64,000 bases of DNA from Candidatus Avedoeria danica (GTDB taxonomy: Bacteria; Chloroflexota; Anaerolineae; Epilineales; Epilineaceae), in NCBI GenBank assembly GCA_016703025.1, contig JADJCV010000004.1, positions 491,164-555,163 on the forward strand, written 5' to 3'. A program made the translations under genes and the position numbers. Positions within the stretch are counted from its first letter, which is position 1, and each line of letters begins with the position of its first letter. The notes below the pieces were generated by a model that did not search any database, was not told the DNA's origin, and was given only the letters and a program-made list of their open reading frames with translations. Positions 51,301 to 63,033 of this stretch are shown one piece after another.

Positions 51301-52526
51301 CGTTCATGTACTACGCGCCGCTCGTGTTCGCGGCCAAGGGCGGGTTGAACAGCAAGGTCTGCATCCAGAACTCGGGGACGGAGTGCACGTCGCTCGAGAT
51401 CTGGTTCAAGGCGCAGGACGACTGCCTGCGGGCGGTGATCGGCGACGTGCTCTCGCTGGCGCCGGGCGAGACGGTGTGCTTCGACCCGAACGGCGTGATC
51501 GGCCCGGACTGGCTGGGCAGCGCCTGGATCCGGAGCACGCAGCCGCTCGGGGTGATCGTGGACACGATGGGCGGGAACCACTTCACGAGCTACAACGGCG
51601 TGCCGGCGGACGTGGACGCGCTGAACTTCAGCTACGGCAACCAGGTGAGCTTCCTGCCGCTGACGTACAGTGAGTACCAGGGCTGGGACTCGGCCATTCA
51701 GGTCCAGAACATGAGCGCGGTGGTGGCGGCCAAGGTGAAGGTGTACTTCCTTGACCGGGGCGGCGACATCGTGACGACGCTGGTGGACTGGATCTGCCCG
51801 CGGGGCACGCAGACGTTCTTCCTGCCGGTGATCGCGAACCTGCCGGGGATGTGGGCGGGGAGCGCGCGGGCGGAGAGCCAGGAGTGGATCACGCCGGGCG
51901 GGCCGAACGTGCTGGCGCCGCCGATCACGGCGGTGATGCTGATGGAGCGCTGGAGCGACCCGGCGCGGACGACGCGGCGGGAGGCGATCGCCTACAACGG
52001 GCAGAGCGAGTGCCTGCTGTACGACTGGCAGCTGGGCAGCGGGACGGGCGGAACGGCGAGCGGCGCGGCCGTGCTGGCGCTGCCGCTGATCGCCAAGTAC
52101 AACCGGGGGATCAAGAGCGAGTTCGCGGTGACGAACCTGGTGCCGAAGCCGGGCTTCACGGACTTCGTGATCTTCATCTACGACCAGAACGGGCTGATCG
52201 ACCAGATCTGCCAGAAGATCACGGAGAAGCAGGTGGACTACGTCGACCTGGACGGGTACGGGAACATCAACCGGGGCTTCCTTGGCTCGGCGGTGATCAG
52301 CGCGGTGTTCTGGGAGCACGACGTGTTCGACGCGCGGGGCAACTTCGAGCGGAACGTCGTCGGGCTGGGCGCGACGGCGATCGAGCGGATCGGGTCGACG
52401 AGCGGCGCGACGGACGCACCGGGCGACGAGAGCAAGGGCTACGAGGCGTTCCCGGTGTTCGACTTCTTCGCGCCCGAGGACGCGCTGAGCTGCCCGGGCA
52501 TGCCGGGTGGGTTCGGGGGGCGGTAG
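45388..52526 (+). pseudogene. Giant secreted surface protein gene A (~2,380 codons): signal peptide, CSLREA-like N-terminus, Gly-rich PMP-type (GGAI/FxxN) beta-helix repeats, multiple DUF11 repeats, conserved C-terminus; disrupted by >=8 frameshifts
   Basis: Homologous reading continues across ORFs 45289..46788(f1), 46437..47492(f0), 46864..47115(f1), 46694..48649(f2), 48588..49472(f0), 49318..49752(f1), 49355..50521(f2), 49821..52526(f0). Frame switches near 46725, 46868, 46940, 47480, 48560, 49175 (+1 nt vs paralog B), 49390 (+4 nt vs B), 49660 (14-nt tandem duplication ACGCTCGTTCCAGG/ACGCTCGTCAAGG). Ends ...CPGMPGGFGGR. Confidence 0.7.
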
Positions 52527-52915
52527 GCAACCGCCTCCGGCCCCCGTAGGGGCGACGCATGCACGTCGCCCGCAGGCCGACAGCCCAAACGAGCGCACCG
52601 AGTCGCGGCGTTGAGCCAAATCGAATCGCACTGCTGCGGGGCCGGGTCGGATCATCGACCCGGCCCCGTCCGCGTCGCGCGACGGCCAGATCGCCGTCCG
52701 GGCGGCTCGTGCGCGGCGATGATCTGACCCGCCTGCGCCCGTATCCGGACGGCGAACCGCGCGTTGCAGATCGCGAACGCGCATGTCGCGCCGTGGCGAC
52801 ATGTTGTGCGTGTGTGCGTACCATCGAGCCGGTGCCCTGTTTGCAGAGGCGCCGTGTGATCAACAGCCTGCAACTCGCGATCCGGCCGCCCCACGGCATA
52901 TTACGGAGATGGACG

Positions 52916-55900
52916 ATGACGCTCCTCATGATTCCGAGTCGAGCGACAACGTTGCGACAGCGCGCGCTCGCCCCACGCATCGTCGCGTTCGTCGCGGCGG
53001 TGGCGCCTCTCCTCTGGCTCGGCGCGTCCGGCGCCCCAGACACGGCTGGCGCCGCGCGCGCGCCCAAGGCCGTCGCGCCCAAGGCCCTCCACGCCCTCGG
53101 CGCGACGATCACCGTCAAGCCAGCTCACGCAGGACATCACGTCGGACGGCCTCTGCTCGCTTCAGGAAGCCATCTTCTCCGCCAACCGGGACACGAACAC
53201 GGCGACGGACGGCGGCGGCAGCGAGGTCACGACGGGCTGCGCGCCCGGAAACGGCACGGACACGATCGTCCTGGCGGCGAACGCCGTCTACATCGTGACA
53301 GGCGATGTGGCGAACGTCGGCAATGAGGTCGGGCCCTCGGTCAACCCGCCGGTCACCACAGGGATGATCATCCAGGGCAACGGCGCCCGACTCGAGCGGC
53401 AGGGCAGCCTGAACGTGCGCGCCTTCGACGTGCTGCCCGGCGGCAACCTGACCATCCAGAACCTGCATGTCAAGAACTTCCGCGGCCGCGGCGGCAACGG
53501 CAGCGAAGGGGGTGGCGGCGGCATGGGCGCCGGCGGCGCGATCTATAACCGCGCAGCCAGCGTGACCATCGAGAACAGCACGTTCAGCGAGAACAACGCC
53601 ATCGGCGGCAGCGGGTCGCAACAGACGACGATCGCCGGCGGTGGCGGCGGCGGTGGCCTCAGCGGCAACGGCGGCAACGACGTCGCGTTCGGCTCCGGCA
53701 ACGCTGGCGGCGGCGGCGGCGGCGCGCGCGGCAACGGCGGTGACGGCGCCAACTCCGGCGGCGGCGGCGGCGGCACGCGGGACAACGGTGCCGATGGCGC
53801 CGGCTCGGGCGCCGGCGGTGCCGGTGGCGCGAACTGTGGCGGCAAGGGCGGGGACAACACCGGCGCGGTGAACGGCGTGCCCGGCGCCTGCGTTGGCGGC
53901 GGCGGCGGCGGCGGTGGCTTCCAGGTGGGCGCCGGCAACGTCGGCGGCTCCGGCGGCAACGGCAACTACGGTGGCGGCGGCGGCGGCGGTGCCGCCTCGG
54001 CGCAGGGCAACGCGGGCTCGGGCGGCTCGGGCGGTTTCGGCGGCGGTGGTGGCTCGGGTGGTCCAAACGGCAACGGCGGAAACGGCGGCTTCGGCGGCGG
54101 CGCCGGCGCGGCCGGCCCCAGCGGCGGCTCGGTCGGCTCGCCTGGTTTCGGCGGTGGCGATGCGAGCGCGACCACCGGCGGTGCCGGCACCGGCGTGGGC
54201 TCGGTGATCTTCAACGAAAGCGGCTCTGTGATCGTCCGGAACAGCACCTTCGCCGACAACGGCGCCTTCGGTGGCCGCCGACGGTCCCCGGCTTGCCGGG
54301 CATCTTCCCGCGGCCGGGTGGCAACGCCCGCCATCATGAGTCCGCAACGGCGTATTGCGCGTGACCCACAGCACGTTCAGCAACAACAGAGGGACCGGGT
54401 TCGCTGACATCTGGGTCCTCGGCGATGGCGCAACGGCCAACTTCGAGTTGCGCAACTCGATCCTGGCCAATCCGAATGCGCCGGCGAACGGCTACAGCTG
54501 CGTGGTGTCGACGAACAACGGCGGAAGCATCTCGCAGAGCGGCAGCGGCAATCTCATGGAGCAGCCCGGCGTGGCGAACGGTCCGTTCTCGCCCTGCGCC
54601 GGCCTGGTACAGACCGGTGACCCGCAGCTTGGCCCGCTACAGATCACCGCGCCCGGCAACACCCCGACGATGGCCATCGGGGCCGGCAGTCCGGCGTTGG
54701 ACGCCGCGGATGCCGCCTTTGGCCTGCCGACGGACCAGCGGGGCGGCACACGTCCGCAAGGCATCGGTTTCGACATCGGCGCGTTCGAGGCGATCGTCGT
54801 CGACATCTCGCTGGTGAAGTCGTGCTATGCCCGGCCGATCGCCGGCTCGCCGACCCAGGACCCGGACGTCGTCATCGCCGGCCAGCAGTGGATCTGCGAC
54901 ATCGTGGTCAACAACCCGGGGGCCATCCCGTTGGCCGACCTCACCGTGACAGACAGCGTGCCGGCCGGCGCGCGGTTCGTCGCCGACACGTCGATCGAAA
55001 CGCAGATCGGCGGCGCGCCATACCGGTGTGCACGCCACTAGGCGTTAGCGGGCCGGCCACCGTGACGTGCACGGGCATCGACGTCGCGGCGTTTGGCGAG
55101 GCGCGCTTCCAGCTGGCGTTCACGATCAGCCCGTCGTTCGTCGCGACGGCGCCGACGGGCGATCTGCCGATCTCGAACACGGCGTGCGTCGTGGTCGTGA
55201 ACTTCATCGACCCCGATCTGACGAACAACTGCGACACCGAGACGGACCTGGTCAAGGACCTGGCGGACCTGCGGGTGACGAAGTTCGTCGAGTCCACCCA
55301 CAACCCGGTCCGGGCGGGCGAGATCTTCACCTATACGATCTACGTCGACAACCTCGGCCCGTCCGTGGCGCGCAATGTCACGATCACGGACACGTTCCTG
55401 TCCAGCAACAGCGTGAGCATCCAATCGTGCGCGTTCTCGGTCAGCCAGGGCGGCGGCGCGATCACGCAGTTCACGTGCACGACGGGCAACGTGGTGTCGA
55501 CGCAGTTCGGCTCGGACATCGGGACGTTCTCCACGAACCGCCTCGACCCGGTCGGCGTCGTAGGCTCGCCACCGCCCAGCGGCGGGCACCAGGGGCGCCT
55601 GCGTGCGTCGTTCCGCCTCGTCGCCCGCACCGACCTCCAGACGACGAACACCGTCCGCGCGCACGCGCTGACGCCCGATCCGAACACGTCGAACAATCTC
55701 GCGACCGTCGAGCTCCGCGCCGAGTCCGTGGCAGACCTGTCCGTGACGAAGAGCGCCGAAGGCGAGGAGCAGCAGGTCAACCAGCCCGGGCTGATGTTCA
55801 ACAACGCGATCTTCAACCAGCCCTTCCCGACCGGGCCGAACTACTTCGTCTCGACGCGCGTGACAGCCGGCCGGCGGATCCACTACCAGGTCACGGTCCG

Positions 55901-58900
55901 CAACAACGGGCCCTCGGTCGCCGAGAACGTCGTGCTGTACGACCGGCTGCCAGCGGGCGTGCGGTTCTATCAGGGCAGCCTGATCGTCGAGCGGAGCGTC
56001 CCCAACGGCCTCGTGACGGTGCTGCCGACGCCGTGTGCGACCGGGACGCCGGGCATCGCGCTGGACAAGATGACGTGCGGCCTCGGCAGCCTGCTCGTCG
56101 GCCAGTCGATGTTCATCAACTTCCAGGTCGTGACGGACGCGAACCTGGCGCCCGGCGCCATCCTCGAGAACGATGCGTGGACGACGTCCGATACGCTGGA
56201 CATCAGCAACGTCAACAACTACGGCTTCACGCAGAACACGGTGCTGGCCGCCGCCGACATGGGCGTTTCCAAGAGCGCCGTAGGGCAGGTGGTGACCGCG
56301 TACAACGCCCCGTTCCACCAGTTCATCGTCACGGACGTGGCGAACCAGGTGACGGCCGGCAAGGTCCTGCGCTACCAGATCCAGGTCCAGAACAATGGCC
56401 CGTCGGACGGCCGGAACGTGACGATCCAGGAGAACCTGCCGGCTGCGCCGGTGCCGGGGCCCGTGACGTTCCTCAGGGCAGACGGCGCCAGTTGCCGCCC
56501 GGACTCGGTGAACCAGCAGCTGCTGTTCTGCGACCTCGGCGACATGGTGGCCGGGGCGCGCGAGACGTTCGACCTGTACGTCCTCGTCGACCCGTCCGTT
56601 CCGACAGGCACGCTCCTGACGAACACGGCTACGGCGCTGCAGAGCGGGTCAAACGTCGTGCCGCCGGGCGCGTCGCCGGCGATCCCGGGCGTGGACCCGA
56701 CGCGGCCGATCACGTGGGACCCGTGCGTGGCGTGCGGCCCGACGGGCAACGCGAACGCGGCCGTGAACCTCACCACGGCGACCGCGGTGGCGGACGTGTC
56801 CGTCGAGAAGGTGGACGTGCCGGCGGACGCGGCACTGGACCGGCCGTTCGAGCCGGACCTGGCGATCGCGGGCAACGAGCACCGCTATCAGATCACGATC
56901 GGCAACAACGGGCCGTCGACAGCGGTGAACGTCGGGGTGAGGGACCTACTGGACTTCAAGCAGCCCGGCATCCTGGGCGAGACATTCGTGCGGTGCGAGC
57001 CGATCGACCCGGACGACATCGTAACGTGCAGTCTCACCTTGCCGAACACGGTGACGGTGACGCGGCTGCAGGTGGGCAACGAGGCGGTGATCCCGACGGC
57101 GGGGACGGGCACGCTCGTGCCGAATCGCCAGTACGGCTTCTACTTGATCACGCGCGTCGATGCGGGCTACGTGCTCGACGGGACGGACCTGTTGGCGGAG
57201 GACACGGCGACGATCTCATCCTCGACGACGGACTTCCGCTTCCAGAACAACACGGACCGTCATCAGACGTTGATCACGGCCGAAGCGGACTTGTCCCTCA
57301 CGAAGGCCGATGACGCCGCGGGCTTCCTGACGTGCGACCCGGTGGCACCGGGCGGGACGATCACCTACGACCTCGTCGTGACGAACAATGGGCCGGCGGA
57401 CGCGGCGGACGTATACGTCGTCGACCAGCTTCCCGCGAACTTTGTCGCCGTCGATCCGGCGCTGGTGAACGTCATCGTCAGCCGCGGCCAGGTCATAGAG
57501 GTGCGCGACGACGGCTGGATCACGATCCGCGTCGGGAACGACGTGAACAACAGCGGCACGACGGAGCTCGGGCGGGTGAACGCGGGCAGCGCGCCGGTCA
57601 CGATCCGGATCACGACGACGGTGCGCCTGGACGCGGCGTGCGGCCAGCAGGCGGCGAACACGGCGCGCGTCGAGACACGGCGGAACGACGCCCCGCGCGG
57701 GCTGACCGGCGGGTGGCCGCCCGCCCCGCAGCCGTTCCCGGGCATCGACGGCGGTCCGCGGACCCCGACGATTGACCCGAACGGGGCGAACAACGCGGCC
57801 GTCGCGCTGACGACGATCGAGTGCCCGCGGATCCAGGTGATCAAGACGGTGTCATTCGACGGGAAGTGCCCGGGCGTGAACATCAGCGCGGGCGTGTTCA
57901 ACCAGACGGGGCAGCCGATCACGTTCTGCTTCGAGGTGACGAACACGGGCACGACGTTCCTGGACGACATCTTCCTGTCCGACGTCCTCGACACGCGGAC
58001 GATGGAGCCGACAGAAATCTACTCGGACACGATCACGTCGGGTGCCGATCCGAACACGCCGTTGAAGCCGGGCGAGACCGTGAACCGGAAGGTGACCGTG
58101 GATCACGCTCTCCTGAAGTGGGACTGCGGCGAGATCACCGACACCGTGACCGTCACCGCCAACCCGGTGAACTCGGGCCGGACGGACCTCCCGTGCCTGG
58201 ACGACGTGACGGACGACGACACGGCCGTCATCGACGTCCCGTGCGCCGGCGTGGACTGGCGCCTCCAGCTGCCCGTCCTCGGCGGCCCGACGTGCCCGAC
58301 ACTCGTCCAAGTCCAGAACCTCGGCCGCAAGGACACGAAGGTCATCCTGGTCGTCTGGGGCGAAGAGAGCTTCTGTCCCCCACAAGCCGCCGGCCCGCTC
58401 AAGGTCGAGTGCGGCGGCCTGCTGCGCCCCGGCTCCTCCTGGACCTTCACCGCCTCACAGCTCCCCTCCGCCGCGCGCAGCGCTGTGCTGTACTCCGTGA
58501 ATGCCACTGACATCGTGATGAACGTGGACGGCAACGAGTCGCGCTTCGACCTCGAGGTCTGCGACGCGCTGATGACGCACGTCGTCGGCAACTGGAAGCA
58601 GTGGAGCGTGTTCGATCTGGCGTACCGCCGCCAGCGCGTCTACCGCAGCCCGTTCGACGGCAGCGGCCTGCACCAGATCGTCCTCGACTTCAAGGCGCAC
58701 CAGGGCGAGCCGATCGCGGCGACCGTCAACCGCTCCTGCCCGGACGCCGCCGACCCGAACGTGATGTCCAACGCCGTCTACACGGGCATTTCGAGCGATC
58801 AGGAAGGCGCGCGCGATCCGGTCAGCGGGGCGCGGATGTTCTACGCTCCGCTCGTCTTCGCCGGCAAGGGTGGATTGAGCTCCAAGGTCTGTATCCAGAA

Positions 58901-60060
58901 CTCGGGTGACGAGTGCACCTCGCTCGAGCTCTGGTTCAAGGGCCAGGACGAGTGCCTGCGCAACACGCTGGCCGACGTCCTCACCCTCAGCCCGGGCGAG
59001 ACGGTATGCTTCGATCCGGCCACGGTCGTCGGACCGGACTGGCTCGGCTCGGCCCACATCCGCTCGACACAGCCGCTCGGCATCGTCGTCGACACGATGG
59101 GCCCGAACCACTTTCACGTCCTACAACGGCGTCGCGGCCGACGTGTTCGCGCTCGGGTTCAGTGCCGGCAACCAGATCGCCTATCTGCCGCTGACATACT
59201 CCGAATACCAGGGCTGGGACACCGCGATTCAGGTCCAGAACCTCGACCCGACCCTGGCGGCCAAGGTGAAGGTCTACTTCCTCGACCGCGGCGGCGACAT
59301 CATCACGACGCTGGTGGACTGGGTCTGCCCGCGTGGCAGCCAGACGTTCTTCCTGCCCGTCATCGCCAACATTCCCGGCTCGTGGGCGGGCAGCGCGCGC
59401 GTCGAGAGCGCCGAGTGGATCACGCCGGGCGGTCCGAACGTCCTTGCGCCGCGCATCGTGGCCGTGGCGCTCATGGAGCGCTGGAGCGACCCGGCGCGCA
59501 CGACGCGGCGCGAGGCGATCGCCTACAACGCACAAGGGGAGTGCCTGCTCTACGACTGGCAGCTCGGCAGCGGCACGGGCGGGACGGCCTCCGGCGCGGG
59601 CGTGCTGGCGTTCCCTCTCATCGCCAAGGGCAACCGCGGCATCGACACCGAACTGGCGATCACGAACCTCGTGCCGAAGCCCGGCTTCACGGACTTCGTG
59701 CTGTTCTTCTACGACCAGAACGGCCTGATCGATCAGGTCTGCCAGAAGGTCACCGAGAAGCAGGTCGACTACATCGATCTCAACCAGTACGGCTTCCTCG
59801 ACCGCGGCTTCCTCGGCAGCGCCGTCGTCAGCGCCGTGTTCTGGGAGCACGACGTGTTCGACGCCCGCGGCCAGTTCGTGCGCAACGTCGTCGGCCTGGG
59901 AGCGGTGGCGATCGAACGGGTCGGAACGGCCGGCTCGGCCGGCGCCGACCTGCCGGGCGACGAGTCGAAGGGCTACGAGGCGTTCCCGGTGTTCGATACG
60001 TACCAGCCGAACGATCCGCTGCGGTGCCCGGGGGTGCCGGGGGGGTTCGGGGGGCGGTAA
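52916..60060 (+). pseudogene. Giant secreted surface protein gene B (tandem paralog of gene A, same architecture); disrupted by ~4 frameshifts
   Basis: ATG 52916 (GGAG RBS) with signal peptide MTLLMIPSRATTLRQRALAPRIVAFVAAVAPLLWLGASGA. Reading continues across ORFs 52559..53326(f2), 53295..54407(f0), 54355..55041, 54822..60137(f0), 58906..60060(f1), with frame switches near 53110, 54290, 55040 and 59110 (extra T: CACTTTCACG vs CACTTCACG in A). Ends ...CPGVPGGFGGR. Confidence 0.7.
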
Positions 60061-60326
60061 GGCCGACAGAGGATCGAATGGGCGCAGGGCGGCAACGCCT
60101 TCGCCTCGTAGGGGCGACGCGAACGCGTCGTCCGTAGGCCAGATCTGGCCCGTCGGAGACGGATCGAAATCGCTAGAATCGGCGGGATCACGGGATCGAA
60201 ATCGACCCGAGCGCCGACCAATCTGCACACCTAGATCGAGCACCAGATCCTCCGTGATTCAGACGGGGAGGGATCACGGTGAGGTTCTTAGGACGATCAT
60301 GACGTGATGCCCAGAGGTCTTCGAAC

Positions 60327-62810
60327 CTACCGCCGCGACACCGCCGTGAACGGCAGGAACAAGTCCGCCTTCCGCCAGCACGTCCGCAGGTCCGCCGTGT
60401 CCTGCCCGTCGCGCGGGTCCTTGACGGTGACCTTCGCCTCGAGGCAGCCGACGAAGTTCGTCCGGGACCGGAAGCAGAGCTCGCGCGTGCCTTGGGCGGC
60501 AACGAACAGGCTGTCCGAGTCGTACGGCTCGGCGAACCAGCGCAAGGAGAGCACGTTGTGGTCCGGATCGTCGGCCTTGTCCGTCAGGTCGTAGCACGCC
60601 TGCTGGTTGCGGGCGACGGTCATGCCGCGCAGTTTGTCGCGCAGGATGCGGGGCGGGATGTTGCCGTCCTCGTTCCGGCTGCGCCACGTGAGCGTGATGC
60701 CGGCCGTGGCGCGGGCGCCGCCGGAGTCCTGGACCTCGAGGTCGGCATTGTCGCTGCCGACGAAGCCCACGTCGGGCTCGAAGTCGATCACCTGGCGGCC
60801 GGTCTTGTTCACCTGGGCGTGCAGGCCGTCCGGGTTCAGGACGAACCACTCGAGGTTCTGCGGCGGGTCCTCCTTGTCCGTGGCCATGCCCGTCAGGTCG
60901 ACCGTGATCGTCGTGTTCACGGGGGCCACATACTCGCGGCGCAGCTTGTCGTACTCCACGAACGGCGGCGTGTTGCGGTCGTTCGACCAGTAGAGGGCGA
61001 TCGCCTGGCGCGCGCTGCAGCCGTCGCGGTCCGTCACGACGAGCGTGACGATCAGGCTGTAGCTCTCCTTGATGCCGCCGTTCAAGAGGAACGCCAGGCG
61101 CTGTCCGCCGCGGCCGGTGACGGTCACATCCTTGGCCTTGTCCGGCGGGATCTCCACATCCCAGCTGAGCTTGTCCTGCGGATCCTCGGTGTCCTGGGCG
61201 TTGCCGAGCAGGCTGAGCTCGATGATCTGGCCCCACAGCGCCGGCGCCGGGTCGGGGATGCGCGGCGTGATCTTCGGACAGTCGTTGATGCTGTTCACGA
61301 TCACCTTGAACGAGAGCTCGGCCTTGACGAGCCCGTCCGAGACCTCGATCCGCACGCGCGTCGAGCCGAACCACTGCGCGGCCGGCGTGATGCTGATGAC
61401 GTTCGTCGGCAGGAGCTTGACGCCGGCCAGCGGATCGCCGGCGTCGAGCATCGTGAAGCGCAGGGCGTCGTCGCCGCAGTCGGCGTCCGAGACGTAGTTC
61501 TTGAGGTCGACGATGGCCGTCTGGTCCTCCTCGAGCACGACGTCGGGGATCGGCTGGATGACCGGCGGCGTGTTGTAGTTGATCGTGTTCTGATAGAGCG
61601 CGCCGATCGCCAGGCAGCCGTCGCCGCCCATCTCCTTCCAGCCCTCCCACCAGTCCTTCAGCGTGGCCGGGTGCTTCGCGTCGACGACGGCGAAAACCTC
61701 CTTGAACGTCGCGTTGCCGACGTCCGTGCCGTCCATCGTGGCGTCCTTCTCGAACAGGTCCCAGAACGCGCCGGCGATCCGTCCGGGGACGGTGTCGCCG
61801 TCCTCCCAGTCCGGCGTGCCGCTGGTGGCCGCATCGAGGTCCATCGTTCGGAGCGCGGGCGTGCTGAAGCGCGGATCGGCCTTTACGCCGATCGGGATGA
61901 AGGCCGCGAGGCCATGCAACAGCGCGCACGCCGGATCGCTCTTCAAGCGGATGTCGGGTGGCGCGATGTCGAAGCAGCCCTGCCAAGCGGCCGGCGCCTG
62001 GTCGCCGAGCAGGCTGTCCAGGAGCGCGTACGCACCGTAGCGAAGGACGAGGTCGCCGCTCCGGGCATCCTCGTCGCGAAAGTAGAGCGTCTTGCCGGCG
62101 CGGTCGAAGCGGGGCCCGTCCTGGCTTGTCGCGGACCAATAGGCGGTGAGGGTGCCGGGGTCGCGACCGGCGGCATTGCGCAGGAAGAACCATTCGCTGG
62201 CGAGGTCGACGAACGTCCACATCGCCTCGATCTCGCGATCCTTCTCGGCGATGTACTGTGACGGGAAGCCGACGATACCGTCCGGGACGTTCTTCCGGTT
62301 GCCCGAGCGCTCGTTCAGCTCATAGCTCGTCCAGACGTAGCTGTGCGGTGTGCCGGCCTGCAGGAGCCGAACCTGCTTCCCTTCGGTGTAGATCTTCAGG
62401 AAGATGTCCTGCGTCCCCTCGCGCGAAGCCCCGTCCTGATCGACGTTGGGGACCTCCTTGGACGCGTAGCGCCCTTCTTCGTCGGTGTAGGTCGTCGCCA
62501 ACAGCTGCGACGTGACCGGGAAGCCCTCGTCCTTGTCGTAGACCTCGACCTTGACCCCGGCGGCCGGATGGTTCATGTCGCTGGCGCGGTCGGAGTAATA
62601 GACGGCGCCGCGAACGATGATCATCCCGGGCTCGGGGGTCGCTTGGGCGGGGGCTTCGGCCTGCGTCACCGGCACCGCAGCGGGCGGCGCGACGGCATGC
62701 GCCGCAGGCACGGAAGCGGAAGACGCAACGGCAAGGACGGCGACTAGGCCCGCGACGGCGAGCGCCATGGGCGCGCGCGCTGCGAGGGCCAGCGGTGGCC
62801 GCTGGTGCAT
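60327..62810 (-). CDS. Secreted protein with N-terminal carboxypeptidase-regulatory-like domain and tandem Ig/cadherin-like repeats
   Basis: ATG at 62810 (GGAGGG RBS) gives signal peptide MHQRPPLALAARAPMALAVAGLVAVLAVASSASVPAAHA; IIVRGAVYYSDRASDMNHPAAGVKVEVYDKDEG (CarbopepD_reg-like); C-terminal half has ~4 repeated ~100-aa modules with acidic Ca-binding-like motifs. No HExxH seen. Confidence 0.55.
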   Translation of the reverse strand: MHQRPPLALAARAPMALAVAGLVAVLAVASSASVPAAHAVAPPAAVPVTQAEAPAQATPEPGMIIVRGAVYYSDRASDMNHPAAGVKVEVYDKDEGFPVTSQLLATTYTDEEGRYASKEVPNVDQDGASREGTQDIFLKIYTEGKQVRLLQAGTPHSYVWTSYELNERSGNRKNVPDGIVGFPSQYIAEKDREIEAMWTFVDLASEWFFLRNAAGRDPGTLTAYWSATSQDGPRFDRAGKTLYFRDEDARSGDLVLRYGAYALLDSLLGDQAPAAWQGCFDIAPPDIRLKSDPACALLHGLAAFIPIGVKADPRFSTPALRTMDLDAATSGTPDWEDGDTVPGRIAGAFWDLFEKDATMDGTDVGNATFKEVFAVVDAKHPATLKDWWEGWKEMGGDGCLAIGALYQNTINYNTPPVIQPIPDVVLEEDQTAIVDLKNYVSDADCGDDALRFTMLDAGDPLAGVKLLPTNVISITPAAQWFGSTRVRIEVSDGLVKAELSFKVIVNSINDCPKITPRIPDPAPALWGQIIELSLLGNAQDTEDPQDKLSWDVEIPPDKAKDVTVTGRGGQRLAFLLNGGIKESYSLIVTLVVTDRDGCSARQAIALYWSNDRNTPPFVEYDKLRREYVAPVNTTITVDLTGMATDKEDPPQNLEWFVLNPDGLHAQVNKTGRQVIDFEPDVGFVGSDNADLEVQDSGGARATAGITLTWRSRNEDGNIPPRILRDKLRGMTVARNQQACYDLTDKADDPDHNVLSLRWFAEPYDSDSLFVAAQGTRELCFRSRTNFVGCLEAKVTVKDPRDGQDTADLRTCWRKADLFLPFTAVSRR

Positions 62811-62952
62811 GGGGTGTCCCTCCAGGGGTGTGTGGGTTGTCGAAGGTTCCCTGTCCCCGCGGTGTGCGCTCGGCACACCGCGCCCGTCAGGGAGGACGTT
62901 TTCGAGGGGGGAATGGTTACGGTGTGGGAGTCGGCGTCGTCGGATCGCCTAA

Positions 62953-63030
62953 GGCCCTCACCCCCCGACCCCCTCCCCCAATGCTGGGGGAGGGGGAGGA
63001 TACTCGAATGCTGGGGGAGGATGCTTGGCG
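62953..63030. repeat. Copy B of the GC-rich palindrome-containing repeat (with internal partial re-duplication AATGCTGGGGGAGGAT)
   Basis: GGCCCTCACCCCCCGACCCCCTCCCCCAATGCTGGGGGAGGGGGAGGATACTCGAATGCTGGGGGAGGATGCTTGGCG; same orientation as copy A. Confidence 0.75.
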
Positions 63031-63033
63031 GCG

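Noticed and set aside
60140-60215. Direct repeats GGGATCGAAATCG (x2) and palindrome GGCCAGATCTGGCC between convergent gene B and the Ig-like gene
   Set aside because: Short, probably part of the convergent terminators; not enough to call a feature.
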